A DNA stretch of 31,463 nucleotides from Myxococcota bacterium (GTDB lineage Bacteria > Myxococcota_A > Polyangia > Polyangiales > Sandaracinaceae). Location of the stretch: assembly GCA_036149055.1 (NCBI GenBank), contig JAYZQJ010000288.1, positions 1 through 31,463 on the forward strand. The letters run 5' to 3'. The notes under the pieces are model-generated. The model searched no databases, had not been told where the DNA came from, and saw only the letters and a program-made list of their open reading frames with translations. Positions within the stretch are counted from its first letter, which is position 1. Every line of letters begins with the position of its first letter. This document shows positions 8,391-17,071 of this stretch, piece after piece. A program made the position numbers and the translations under genes.

Positions 8391-11300
8391 TCACTCCTCG
8401 TCGCCGCGCTTCACCAGGCGGATCCGGCCGAGCGAGGACTTGCGGCGGCGGGCCGGGAGGATCTGGTCCTCGACCTGCTCGCAGTGGTCCCAGAGATCCG
8501 ACGCGGCGATCCGGAGCGTGGTCAGCACGTCCCGCGGCGCCGCGTGCGCGCGCTGGCGGGCCGACTCGATCAGCCGAGAGGCCTCGGCGCGGTCGCCCTC
8601 CGCCGCCGCCTCGATGGCGTCGAGCAGCTCGAGGTGGCCCTTGCGCAGCTCGGTGATGTGCTCGACCGGCGTGCCCCGGAGCGAGGCGGCCACGCCGCTC
8701 ATGTGCGCCGCCCACTTCCGGGCCGCCGCGCCCTCGCCGAGGCGGGCCCGCGCCGCCACCAGCACGCCGAGGAAGAACACGATCACGCCGCGCTCGCCGA
8801 TCCTCTGCAGCGTCTCGACCGCCTTCTCGATCGCCTCCGCGCCCTGCTCCCAGTTGCCCTGGAGCGCGACCGCGTAGCCGATGAGGCCACGCGACACCGC
8901 GCCGTATCGCTCCTCGCCGAGCTCGCGGAAGATCTCCTCCGAGAGATAGAGCGCCTGGTGGGCCTGATCGGGGCGCCCGTCGTCGAGGAGCTGCGCGCCG
9001 AGGTTGCTGAGGGTGATGCCCTCGTACACCCGGTCCTGCGCGTCGCGGCTCGCCTCGAGGGCGACCCGGTACATCATGGTGGCCGCCTGGGTCTCGCCCT
9101 GCTCGCTCAGCAGGTTCGCCAGCCGGAGCAGGACCACGCCCTCGCCCCGCCGGTCGCCCGCGTCCCGCATGGCGGCGAGCGCGTCGCGGTAGCGCTTGGC
9201 GGCGTCGGTCCCCTGACCGCAGCGCACCTCGACCATCGCGAGCTCGCTGCGGGCCTCGGCCATCAGCTCGGGCTCGGCGGTGCTCTTCGCGAGCTCGAGG
9301 CCGCGGTTGGCCGCCTCGAGCGCGGGCTGGAAGTCGAACTGCCAGCCGTGGGCGCGGGCCTCGGCGAGGGCGCCGCGGGCGGCGAGCGAGGGGCGCGGCC
9401 CGGCGCTGCGGGCGAGCTCGAGCAGGGCGACCAGGCTGCGGTGATCGCCGCGCCGCGCGAGGGTCGGCTCCAGGCAGAGCGCGGCCCGCATCGCGCGATC
9501 GCCGTCGCGCTGCGCCACCGCCATGCCGTGGATGCCGCGGAGCTCCGCCTCGGCGGTGCCGAGCAGGGCGAAGGCGCGCCCGGCGCCGGGGCCCCGGAGG
9601 CTGGTCAGCAGCTCCTCACCCGCGTCGAGGAAGTAGGCGGCGTGGCGCTCGCGCGTCGCCTCCACGAGCACCGGGTCGGTGACGCTCGCGCAGAGATCGC
9701 GGACGCTCTGGTGCAGCCGGAACCGCCCGCCCTCCTGCAAGAGCAGGGACTTGTCGACGAGCGCCGCGAGGGCCTTGGGGGCGGACTCGACCCGCAGCAC
9801 CGCGGTGGCCGAGATGCCGGTGAACGAGCCGTGGAAGACCGAGCACTGGAGCAGGGCGCTGCGCTCCTCGGGGCTGCAGCCCTGCCATGCGTCCCGCAGG
9901 GCCGCCTCGGTGACGTCCTCGGTGACGCCGGGCGACGAGGGCCGCAGCTCGCCGGCCATCACCGACGGCGTCTCGTTGGCGGCCCGCGCGGCGGTCACCA
10001 CGATGGCGAGCGGGAGGCCGTCGAGCCGGCGGAGCACGCGCTCCACCTCGCGGCGACGGTCCGGGTTCCGCCAGCGCTCCACCGCCTCCGCGCCGCCGAC
10101 CTCCTCGAGCCGGGCGAAGAAGAGGTCCGCCGCCGGGCCGCGCAGCTCCTTGGTGTACGAGGCGCGCAGCGGCTCCAGCCGGATCGACTCGCCGCGCTCC
10201 ACCGGGATGCGCTCCCGGGAGGTGATGACGAAGATCGTCTCCGGGGCCTGGTCGAGCCAGGCGCCGAAGAGCGCCGCCGCCTCCTCGAGCAGGTGGTCGA
10301 GCTGATCGAAGACCACGACCGCGGGGCCCGCGCTCGCCAGCAGCTCGCCCGCGTCCTGCACGGGGTCCCGGGAGCCGCGCGGCTGGACGCTGGAGGGGGC
10401 GAGCTTGGCGATCACGAGGTGGGCCGCGTCGTCGCCGGTGCGCGCCTGCTGGGCGTCGCAGAAGAGCGCCCGCGCGCCGGTCGTGTCGCGCACCTGGGCC
10501 GCCCACGCGACCGCCGCCCGCGTCTTGCCCACGCCGCCGCGCCCGTGGAGACAGAGCACGCGGACGCCGCGCACGATCGCGTTGTCCATCGCGCGCAGCT
10601 CGTCGTCGCGCCCGAGGAGCGCGTCCTCGAACTCCGGGAGGTCCGGGTCCTCGGGCGGCGGCGCGAGCGTCTCGGTCGGCGTGCGGAAGACGCCGGAGTC
10701 GGTCGTCGCCTCGAGCGGCGTGAGCCCCCCGGGGCCGAGATCGGGACACGAGGCGCGCATCCACTTGGCGAGCTCCTCGCGGCCGGTCGGGCGGCCGAAC
10801 TCCGACAGCCAGCTCTGCACGGCGTCGGCGAACGCCTCCGCGCTCGCGTAGCGATCCTCGGGGCGCGCCGCGGTGGCCCGGGCGACGATGGCGTCGAACC
10901 GGAAGTCGAGGCGCGGATCGAGCTCCGACGGGGGCGGGATCTCGCCCGGCGCGTCGTCCGCCTGATCGAGCGGGCGGCCGGTGCCGAGCTCCCAGAGCAC
11001 GACGCCGAGCGCGTAGACGTCCGCGCGCCGGTCGATCGCGCCCTCGTCCGCCCGCTGCTCGGGCCCCACGTAGGCGCTCGCGCGCATGCCCTTGCGCGCC
11101 GCCCAGCGCGACGAGGACGAGAGCGCCGCGCTGAAGTCGGCGACCTTCACCTCGCCGAGCTGCGAGATGAGGATGTTCCCCGGGCGGATGTCCCGGTGCA
11201 CGACCTCGAGCGCCTCCCCGTCCGCGCCCTGGGCCTCGTGCGCGTAGTGCAGGCCCCGCGCCGCCTCGGCGACGACGTGCGCGCCGATCTCGATCGGGAT

Positions 11301-11645
11301 CCGGGTGCCGACGCCGCGCGTGTAGCCGATCAGGTTGGCCAGCGACGGGCCGTCGACCAGCTCGAGGGCCATGAAGTAGTCGGACCCGTCCCGGGACAGG
11401 TCGAGGGCCTGGACGATGTTGGGGTGGCGGAGGTGCGCCACGAGGTTCGCCTCGTCGAGGAAGAGCTGCACGCGCTCCGGCTCGTGGCTCAGCTCCGAGC
11501 GGAGGCACTTGAGCACGATCCTCCGGCGGAAGCCGCCTTCCCCCTCCAGGTGAGCGAGGAACACCTCGGCGACGTCGCCCACCCCGAGCCGTTGCCCGAG
11601 GAGATAGCGACCTCGCCTGTGCTCCTCCGGGACCGGCGCAGCCAT
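8391..11645 (-). CDS. Ser/Thr kinase (degenerate motifs) - STAND-class P-loop NTPase - TPR protein, 1084 aa
   Basis: Kinase motifs LGVGDVAEV, IVLK, HRDIRPGNILI, DFS, YVGPEQ, DVYALG. Walker A HGRGGVGKT, Walker B VVVFDQLDH, ITSRE, LDGLPLAI. TPR-like repeats DRRGEGVVLLRLANL and DRVYEGITLSNLGA. Confidence 0.9.
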   Translation of the reverse strand: MAAPVPEEHRRGRYLLGQRLGVGDVAEVFLAHLEGEGGFRRRIVLKCLRSELSHEPERVQLFLDEANLVAHLRHPNIVQALDLSRDGSDYFMALELVDGPSLANLIGYTRGVGTRIPIEIGAHVVAEAARGLHYAHEAQGADGEALEVVHRDIRPGNILISQLGEVKVADFSAALSSSSRWAARKGMRASAYVGPEQRADEGAIDRRADVYALGVVLWELGTGRPLDQADDAPGEIPPPSELDPRLDFRFDAIVARATAARPEDRYASAEAFADAVQSWLSEFGRPTGREELAKWMRASCPDLGPGGLTPLEATTDSGVFRTPTETLAPPPEDPDLPEFEDALLGRDDELRAMDNAIVRGVRVLCLHGRGGVGKTRAAVAWAAQVRDTTGARALFCDAQQARTGDDAAHLVIAKLAPSSVQPRGSRDPVQDAGELLASAGPAVVVFDQLDHLLEEAAALFGAWLDQAPETIFVITSRERIPVERGESIRLEPLRASYTKELRGPAADLFFARLEEVGGAEAVERWRNPDRRREVERVLRRLDGLPLAIVVTAARAANETPSVMAGELRPSSPGVTEDVTEAALRDAWQGCSPEERSALLQCSVFHGSFTGISATAVLRVESAPKALAALVDKSLLLQEGGRFRLHQSVRDLCASVTDPVLVEATRERHAAYFLDAGEELLTSLRGPGAGRAFALLGTAEAELRGIHGMAVAQRDGDRAMRAALCLEPTLARRGDHRSLVALLELARSAGPRPSLAARGALAEARAHGWQFDFQPALEAANRGLELAKSTAEPELMAEARSELAMVEVRCGQGTDAAKRYRDALAAMRDAGDRRGEGVVLLRLANLLSEQGETQAATMMYRVALEASRDAQDRVYEGITLSNLGAQLLDDGRPDQAHQALYLSEEIFRELGEERYGAVSRGLIGYAVALQGNWEQGAEAIEKAVETLQRIGERGVIVFFLGVLVAARARLGEGAAARKWAAHMSGVAASLRGTPVEHITELRKGHLELLDAIEAAAEGDRAEASRLIESARQRAHAAPRDVLTTLRIAASDLWDHCEQVEDQILPARRRKSSLGRIRLVKRGDEE

Positions 11646-11659
11646 GCCGCATCCTAACA
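11646..11659 (-). promoter_or_regulatory. Extended -10 element (TGnTAGGAT) 5 nt upstream of ATG 11645; likely leaderless promoter
   Basis: Minus strand reads TGT-TAGGAT-GCGGC-ATG, with no SD sequence. Confidence 0.5.
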
Positions 11660-11799
11660 GTTGTGGCGGACGCCAGGGTAGGGCGTATCTCCGCCCTCGG
11701 TCCGGCGTTGCCCATGTCCCGAGCGGGTGTAGGCTTCTGACCGGACAGGAACGGAGTGACTGGCGCCCTCCGGGGAGACGCCCGTCGCGAGGACACCAG

Positions 11800-14700
11800 T
11801 TGTTCCACTACTTCGGATACGGCTCGAACATGAGCGCCACCAGCCTCGCGGCGAAGGGCGTGGAGTCCGAGCGCTCCGAGCCCGCGGTGCTACGCGACTG
11901 GCGGCTCTCCTTCACCGTCCCGAACTTCTTCGCCATCGAGGGATGCACGGGGAACATCGTCCCCGACGAGGGACGCGCGGTGCACGGCGTGCTCTACGCC
12001 TGCGACGACCGCTACCTGCCGGTGCTCGACGAGCTCGAGGCGGTCGACGTCGCCTACGCCCGGCGCGAGCTCGAGGTCGAGACCTACGGCGGCGAGCGCG
12101 TGGTCGCCTACGTGTACGTCGGGCTGCCGGCGCGCGTGGTCCCGGAGGGCATGCCCTCGCTGCGCTACCGCAACATCCTCGTGCAGGGCGCGCGGGACGC
12201 GGGGCTGAGGGACGACTACGTCGCCTGGCTCGGCGACCTCCCGGTGGTGGAGCGGCCGGACCCGGAGCCGTTCCTGCACCCCGAGGAGGGCGAGCGCCTG
12301 ACGCCCGAGCAGCTCGCGAGCCGCTCCTCCCACGTCGCGCTCGCGGGCGCGGTCTTCGACATGTCGACCGCGCCGCCCGAGCACGCCTACCTCGAGCGCT
12401 TGTTCGCGGGGCGCGACGCGACCCTCTTCTTCCTCAAGCGGATGGACACGAGCGACGGCTCGGAGACCCTCGCCGACATCAGCGAGGGGAACCTGACCGA
12501 GGTGCAGCGCCGCTACCTCGACGCCTACCTGCACGAGTTCGATCGCGTCTATCGCTACGTCGGCCGGCTCCAGTACGGCGGCGCGACCAAGGGGCGCGGG
12601 GAGCGCATCGCGTCGGCCGCCCGAGCCGCCCACACCTTCGACCCCGCGCGGGCGCACGAGCGGCATGGCGAGATCCTCGTGCCGTCCCGCCGCGTGCTGA
12701 ACGAGGCCGAGCAGACCAACCGCCGCCTCGGCCACGAGAACCTCGGCTTCCTCTCGGAGGTCCACGGCTTCGCGCCGATCGAGCCGCCGCGGCTCTCGCT
12801 GCCCCCGAGCCACGCGGCCTGGGATCAGGCGGTCGAGGACCTCACGTCGCTCTACCGCGGCCTCGGGCTGCGACGCCGGCTCGAGGCGATGCCGGTGCTG
12901 CCGGCCGATCCCGAGCACCTCCCCGACGCGCACCTGCTGCGGGCGGGCGCGGTGCTCTCGATGCTGGCGCACGCCTACTGGTACGTCGAGACGCAGCCCC
13001 CGCAGTCGCTGCCGCCGAGCCTCGCCAGGCCCTGGGCGGAGGTGCGGCGGCGCCTCGACCGACCGCAAGAGGTCCTGAGCTACATCGACCTGATCGTCTA
13101 CAACTGGCGGCTCCTCGACCCCCGGGCCGACGACCCGCGCCGCGTGGAGAACATGCGGCTGGCGATCCCCACGGTCGACAACCAGGAGGAGCGCGTCTTC
13201 TACCTGACGCAGTTCGAGATCCTCAGCCGCTGCAGCCCGGTGATCGGCGCGGTGGTCCGGGCCCAGGAGTCGGTCGCGCGCGACGACCCCGACGGCCTCG
13301 AGACCGAGCTCCACCTGATCATGGAGGCGCTCGAGCGGGTGGTCCGGGACTCGCTGCTCAAGATCAACCCCAACCCGCACGGGCCGCACTACGTCGACCC
13401 GGTGGTGTGGGCCAAGACGGTCGCGCCCTTCGCCGTGCCCTTCCGCGAGGGCGTGCAGGGCCCGAGCGGCACCTCGTCGCCCATCTTCAACCTGCTCGAC
13501 ACCTTCTTCGGCCGCCGCGGCCACGCGACCTTCCTCGGCAAGGAGATCAAGGCGCTCCGGAGCGGCTACCCGAAGTACTGGCAGGAGATCATCGCGGCCA
13601 CCGGCGAGGTCTCGATCAAGGACTACGTCGCGCGCGTCGACAAGCCGTGGCTCTCCGGGCTGCTCAAGGACGCCATCCAGGTCTACGCGGGGCAACAGGG
13701 CTTCCTCGGTCGCCACCGCATGAAGGTCTACGGCTACCTCGAGCTGGCGTTCAAGGTGGGCCGCAGCGTGACGATCGGCGGCTTCTCCGGGGTCTTCTCG
13801 GACCGCACCTGGGATCAGGTCGACTCGGAGCTCGAGTACGCGCGCAAGGAGCGCATGGCGAGCTTCCCGCACGGCGCCCACCCGGCCCGCGTCCGCGAGG
13901 CGCGCAAGACGACCGAGCGAGGGACCGAGCGGGTGCAGCACGTGGTGCTCGACGTGCGCGGCGCCGGCGTGCGCTACGAGCCGGGTGACCGCTGCTACGT
14001 CCTGCCCGAGGCCGCGCCCGAGCTCGTCGATCGCACCCTGGCCGCGCTCGCGAGCACCGGCGACGAGGTGATCGCGCTCACCGACGAGTGGAAGGAGGCC
14101 GTGTCCTTCCGCCCGCAGCGCGCCTCGGAGGACACGTTGACGCTGCGCGAGCTGCTCCGCTACGGGCGGCTGCGCCCGGTGGAGCCGCGCGTCGCCGAGG
14201 CGCTGCACGCGGTGACCCAGAGCGACATGCTCCTCGCCGCGATCCGCGAGCAGACCACCGAGCGCTGGGAGCTGTGGGATCTGCTCGAGGCGCTGCGCGC
14301 CGAGGGCTGGGATCCGCGGCGCCTGATCGACGCGCCGCCGACGTCGACCGAGCACATCGCCCGGGTGGTGCCGCCCGAGACGTTCCGCGCCTACTCGATC
14401 GCCTCGGTGATGGACGAGCCCGACGCGACCGCGGCGACCGAGGTGCACCTCACGGTGGGCCGCATCCGCTACGAAGACGAGGGCAAGCGCCGGGCCGGCA
14501 CCGCGTCGAGCTTCCTGGTCCGCGCCGCCGGGCGGGACGAGCCGGTCTCGATCGCGGTGCACCACCCGCCGCGCTTCGCCCTGCCGCCCGACCCGCAGAC
14601 GCCGGTGATCTTGATCGCCGGCGGCACCGGCATCTCACCGTTCCGCTCGTTCATCCTGGAGCGCGCCCGGCAGCCGAAGGCCGGGCCGACCTGGCTCCTC

Positions 14701-16506
14701 CTCGGCGTGCGCACGCGCGAGCACCTCCACTACCGGGACGAGCTCCAGCGCTTCGTCCGCGAGGGCAAGCTCCGGCTCGAGGTCGCCTTCTCGCGGGACG
14801 AGGCGAAGCTGCGCAAGGTGCAGGCGCTCCAGGGCATCCAGCGCATCACGGTGCGGCCGGGGGAGAAGCGTCGGGTGGACGAGCTGGTGCTCGACGAGCG
14901 CATCGGCGGCGACCTGCTCCGGCTGCTCCGCGGCACCACCACCTCGCCCCCCGCCCAGATCTACGTCTGCGGCCACGCTCGCTTCGCCCGCTCGGCCCAC
15001 GCCGCCCTCAAGCGCCTGCTCATGCAGGCGGAGCGGGGCGACGACGGGGTCCGTCGCGCGGCGGCCGAGCGCACCCTCCAGCGGCTCGCGGCCGAGGGGC
15101 GCTACCTCTTCGAGGTCTTCACCGACAACCGCAGCTGGGATCGCGATCGGGCGCCCCTCGACGTCTCGCAGGTGGTCGAGCGCAACGACGCCGAGCACGG
15201 CTACTGGATGGTGATCGACGGCACCGTCTACGACGTGACCGAGCTGCTCGAGCTGCACCCCGGCGGTCGCTCGGTGCTCCGCGGCTACACCGGCATGGAC
15301 GCCACCCAGGGCTACATGCGGGTGCACGAGGGCCGCACCGAGGTCGACGCGATGCGCGGCATGTTCGAGGTCGGCAAGCTCCGCGCGATCGACTTCGGGG
15401 GCGTGCGCGGCACCGTCTACTACGACGGGGTGGCCCAGACGGTCGCGCTCGCCGCCCTGCACCGCGCCTGGGTGAAGCTGACCTACCTGGTGGTGGAGAT
15501 GCAGAACGCGCTGGTCGCCGACCAGTCGCTGCAGCTGGGCAAGACCACCCGCGACGAGCCCCTCGAGCCGCGCTCGCCCTATCGCTGGCAGCGGGCGGTC
15601 GAGACCCACCAGCGCTTCCTCTACGCCTACCTCGATCCCCTCAGCGGGCCGGCGCTCTCCGACGTGCAGGTCATGACCTGCGGGCTGCTCGGCGATCCCC
15701 GCCAGGCGTCGGCCCTCCAGCTGCGCCTCGAGGCGGTGCGGGACTCCGAGAACGCGCGGCTCGGCGACGCCGCGCCGCACGAGCTCCACGAGCGCCTAGA
15801 GCAGCTGCTCGCGGACGAGAGCGCGCCGGGGTCGGCCGAGTGGGAGGGCCTCGAGCACGCGGTCCTGGCCCTCGAGGAGCTCGACCGCGGCCTGCTGCGC
15901 GACCTGAAGGCGACCCTCTCGGAGGCGCTGCGGGCCTTCGAGCGCCACGGGGCGCACACCCTGGAGGACGCGGGAGAGACCCTGATCTCGGTGCTCGACT
16001 CGGTGATCGTCCTCATCGAGGAGTATCACCGCACCGTCAGGTGGCGCCTGACGCGCTCGGGGCTACTACCCGCTACAATTCCCCCACCCCGACCCAGCTC
16101 ATCGCAGACCATGTTGAAGTCCGTCGTATCGACTTCCCTCTGGCACATGGTGGAGGACCTCGACCGCAAGGTCGTCCTCCTCCGCCGCAGCGCCGCCCCC
16201 GTGGAGTCCATCCACGATCTCGTCGAGCAGAACGAGATGGTCATCCAGTCCATCCGCGCCGAGCACGCCGAGTGGGGCATCGTCGTCGACATGCGCCAGG
16301 CGCCGTCGCGGAACGACCCCGAGTTCGAGGGCGCCATGCGCAAGCTCCGGGCGGCGACCGGTCAGTTCAAGCGCGTGGCGCTCCTGGTGACCAGCGCGAC
16401 CGGCATGCTCCAGGTCAACCGCCTGAGCCGCGACGAGGGCGCCCAGACCACCTGGGCCACCCAGTCCGAAGACGCCGCCCTCCGCTTCGCCGCCGGCTCG
16501 GCCTGA
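11800..16506 (+). CDS. Multidomain redox enzyme: gamma-glutamylcyclotransferase + MAPR-type cyt-b5-like + IDO-like heme domain + FAD/NADPH reductase + cytochrome b5 + helical + STAS/SEC14-like (~1568 aa)
   Basis: TTG at 11800 with GAGGA upstream. GGCT: YFGYGSNM, LDELEAV. MAPR-like: VFDM, FAGRDAT, YVGRL. IDO-like: GFAP, LAHAYWY, LSYIDLIVYNWR, GPSGTSSPIFNLLDTFFG, RHRMKVYGYL. CPR/CysJ-type FNR module: YEPGD, RAYSIAS, GTASSFL, IAGGTGISPFRSF, AFSRD, IYVCG, RYLFEVF. Cyt b5: WMVIDGTVYDVT, HPGG, DATQGYMRVH. STAS/SEC14-like: IVVDMRQAPSRNDPEFE, RVALLV. Confidence 0.88.
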   Translation: MFHYFGYGSNMSATSLAAKGVESERSEPAVLRDWRLSFTVPNFFAIEGCTGNIVPDEGRAVHGVLYACDDRYLPVLDELEAVDVAYARRELEVETYGGERVVAYVYVGLPARVVPEGMPSLRYRNILVQGARDAGLRDDYVAWLGDLPVVERPDPEPFLHPEEGERLTPEQLASRSSHVALAGAVFDMSTAPPEHAYLERLFAGRDATLFFLKRMDTSDGSETLADISEGNLTEVQRRYLDAYLHEFDRVYRYVGRLQYGGATKGRGERIASAARAAHTFDPARAHERHGEILVPSRRVLNEAEQTNRRLGHENLGFLSEVHGFAPIEPPRLSLPPSHAAWDQAVEDLTSLYRGLGLRRRLEAMPVLPADPEHLPDAHLLRAGAVLSMLAHAYWYVETQPPQSLPPSLARPWAEVRRRLDRPQEVLSYIDLIVYNWRLLDPRADDPRRVENMRLAIPTVDNQEERVFYLTQFEILSRCSPVIGAVVRAQESVARDDPDGLETELHLIMEALERVVRDSLLKINPNPHGPHYVDPVVWAKTVAPFAVPFREGVQGPSGTSSPIFNLLDTFFGRRGHATFLGKEIKALRSGYPKYWQEIIAATGEVSIKDYVARVDKPWLSGLLKDAIQVYAGQQGFLGRHRMKVYGYLELAFKVGRSVTIGGFSGVFSDRTWDQVDSELEYARKERMASFPHGAHPARVREARKTTERGTERVQHVVLDVRGAGVRYEPGDRCYVLPEAAPELVDRTLAALASTGDEVIALTDEWKEAVSFRPQRASEDTLTLRELLRYGRLRPVEPRVAEALHAVTQSDMLLAAIREQTTERWELWDLLEALRAEGWDPRRLIDAPPTSTEHIARVVPPETFRAYSIASVMDEPDATAATEVHLTVGRIRYEDEGKRRAGTASSFLVRAAGRDEPVSIAVHHPPRFALPPDPQTPVILIAGGTGISPFRSFILERARQPKAGPTWLLLGVRTREHLHYRDELQRFVREGKLRLEVAFSRDEAKLRKVQALQGIQRITVRPGEKRRVDELVLDERIGGDLLRLLRGTTTSPPAQIYVCGHARFARSAHAALKRLLMQAERGDDGVRRAAAERTLQRLAAEGRYLFEVFTDNRSWDRDRAPLDVSQVVERNDAEHGYWMVIDGTVYDVTELLELHPGGRSVLRGYTGMDATQGYMRVHEGRTEVDAMRGMFEVGKLRAIDFGGVRGTVYYDGVAQTVALAALHRAWVKLTYLVVEMQNALVADQSLQLGKTTRDEPLEPRSPYRWQRAVETHQRFLYAYLDPLSGPALSDVQVMTCGLLGDPRQASALQLRLEAVRDSENARLGDAAPHELHERLEQLLADESAPGSAEWEGLEHAVLALEELDRGLLRDLKATLSEALRAFERHGAHTLEDAGETLISVLDSVIVLIEEYHRTVRWRLTRSGLLPATIPPPRPSSSQTMLKSVVSTSLWHMVEDLDRKVVLLRRSAAPVESIHDLVEQNEMVIQSIRAEHAEWGIVVDMRQAPSRNDPEFEGAMRKLRAATGQFKRVALLVTSATGMLQVNRLSRDEGAQTTWATQSEDAALRFAAGSA

Positions 16507-16592
16507 CGCGTCCGCATTGAGCCCGCCGGATTAACGCGCCGCTAATGCCGGCCCAGCGCACGGTTCGCCTCGCATTCACCAAGGAGCGAACC

Positions 16593-17071
16593 GTGACCCT
16601 GTCGAACGCCCTCTCCACCGCCTCTCTGCTCACCGTCTGGGCTGCGCTCTCCGGCTGTCAGCCCGCCGCCGGCGGCGGGGGGCTCCCGAGGATGTCGACG
16701 ACCTCGAGATCGCGCCCGGCCGCGACGTGCGCCTCGACGAGATCATGGAGCTCTCCGCCGACGGAACGTCGCGAGGCGACTTCGCGGGCTGGGATCCCGT
16801 GACCCGTTGTGTGATCACCTATCGGCTCACGGGCACCTGGGGCACTCCGTCGGACGACTCGATCGAGGTCGAGTGGACCTCCATCCGCGGCGCGGTCGGC
16901 GGCTGCCTCGACGAGACGCTCGACGCCCCCGACGCCGACCTGACGGCGGAGGAGGGCGCCTACTGGGATGCCGGCTCGGCGGCTTCTGGCCGCCTGTGCT
17001 TGCCGGGCAGAGGCGGGGCCCCCCCACGCACTCCGGGTCCGCCGGCGCGCGTCCCCCTCTCGCGTCGGTGA
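16593..17071 (+). pseudogene. Frameshifted small lipoprotein gene (pseudogene, phase-variable gene or sequencing error)
   Basis: AAGGAG (16581-16586), GTG at 16593, signal peptide ending in lipobox LSGC. After the G6 run (16677-16682) the GC3-rich frame shifts (APEDVDDLEIAPGRDVRLDE...). A second probable shift lies near 16970. Confidence 0.6.
17013..17040. repeat. Dispersed repeat fragment
   Basis: GCGGGGCCCCCCCACGCACTCCGGGTCC matches the reverse complement of 31376-31403 at 26 of 28 positions. Confidence 0.7.

Noticed and set aside
11644..11799. ATG 11644 as the start of the giant ORF (1620 aa)
   Set aside because: It overlaps the divergent ATG at 11645, the first 52 codons lack GC3 bias, and TTG 11800 has an SD and coincides with the start of the GGCT domain.
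8484..14565. Long antisense or alternative-frame ORFs (8484..11657 +, 9616..11808 -, 11890..14565 -, 11943..13988 +)
   Set aside because: Shadow ORFs expected at very high GC; they have no motifs and fully overlap genes with clear domains.
13870..15125. cysJ or nitric-oxide synthase call for the giant protein
   Set aside because: There is no flavodoxin domain and no NOS oxygenase Cys-heme motif; the heme domain is IDO-like.
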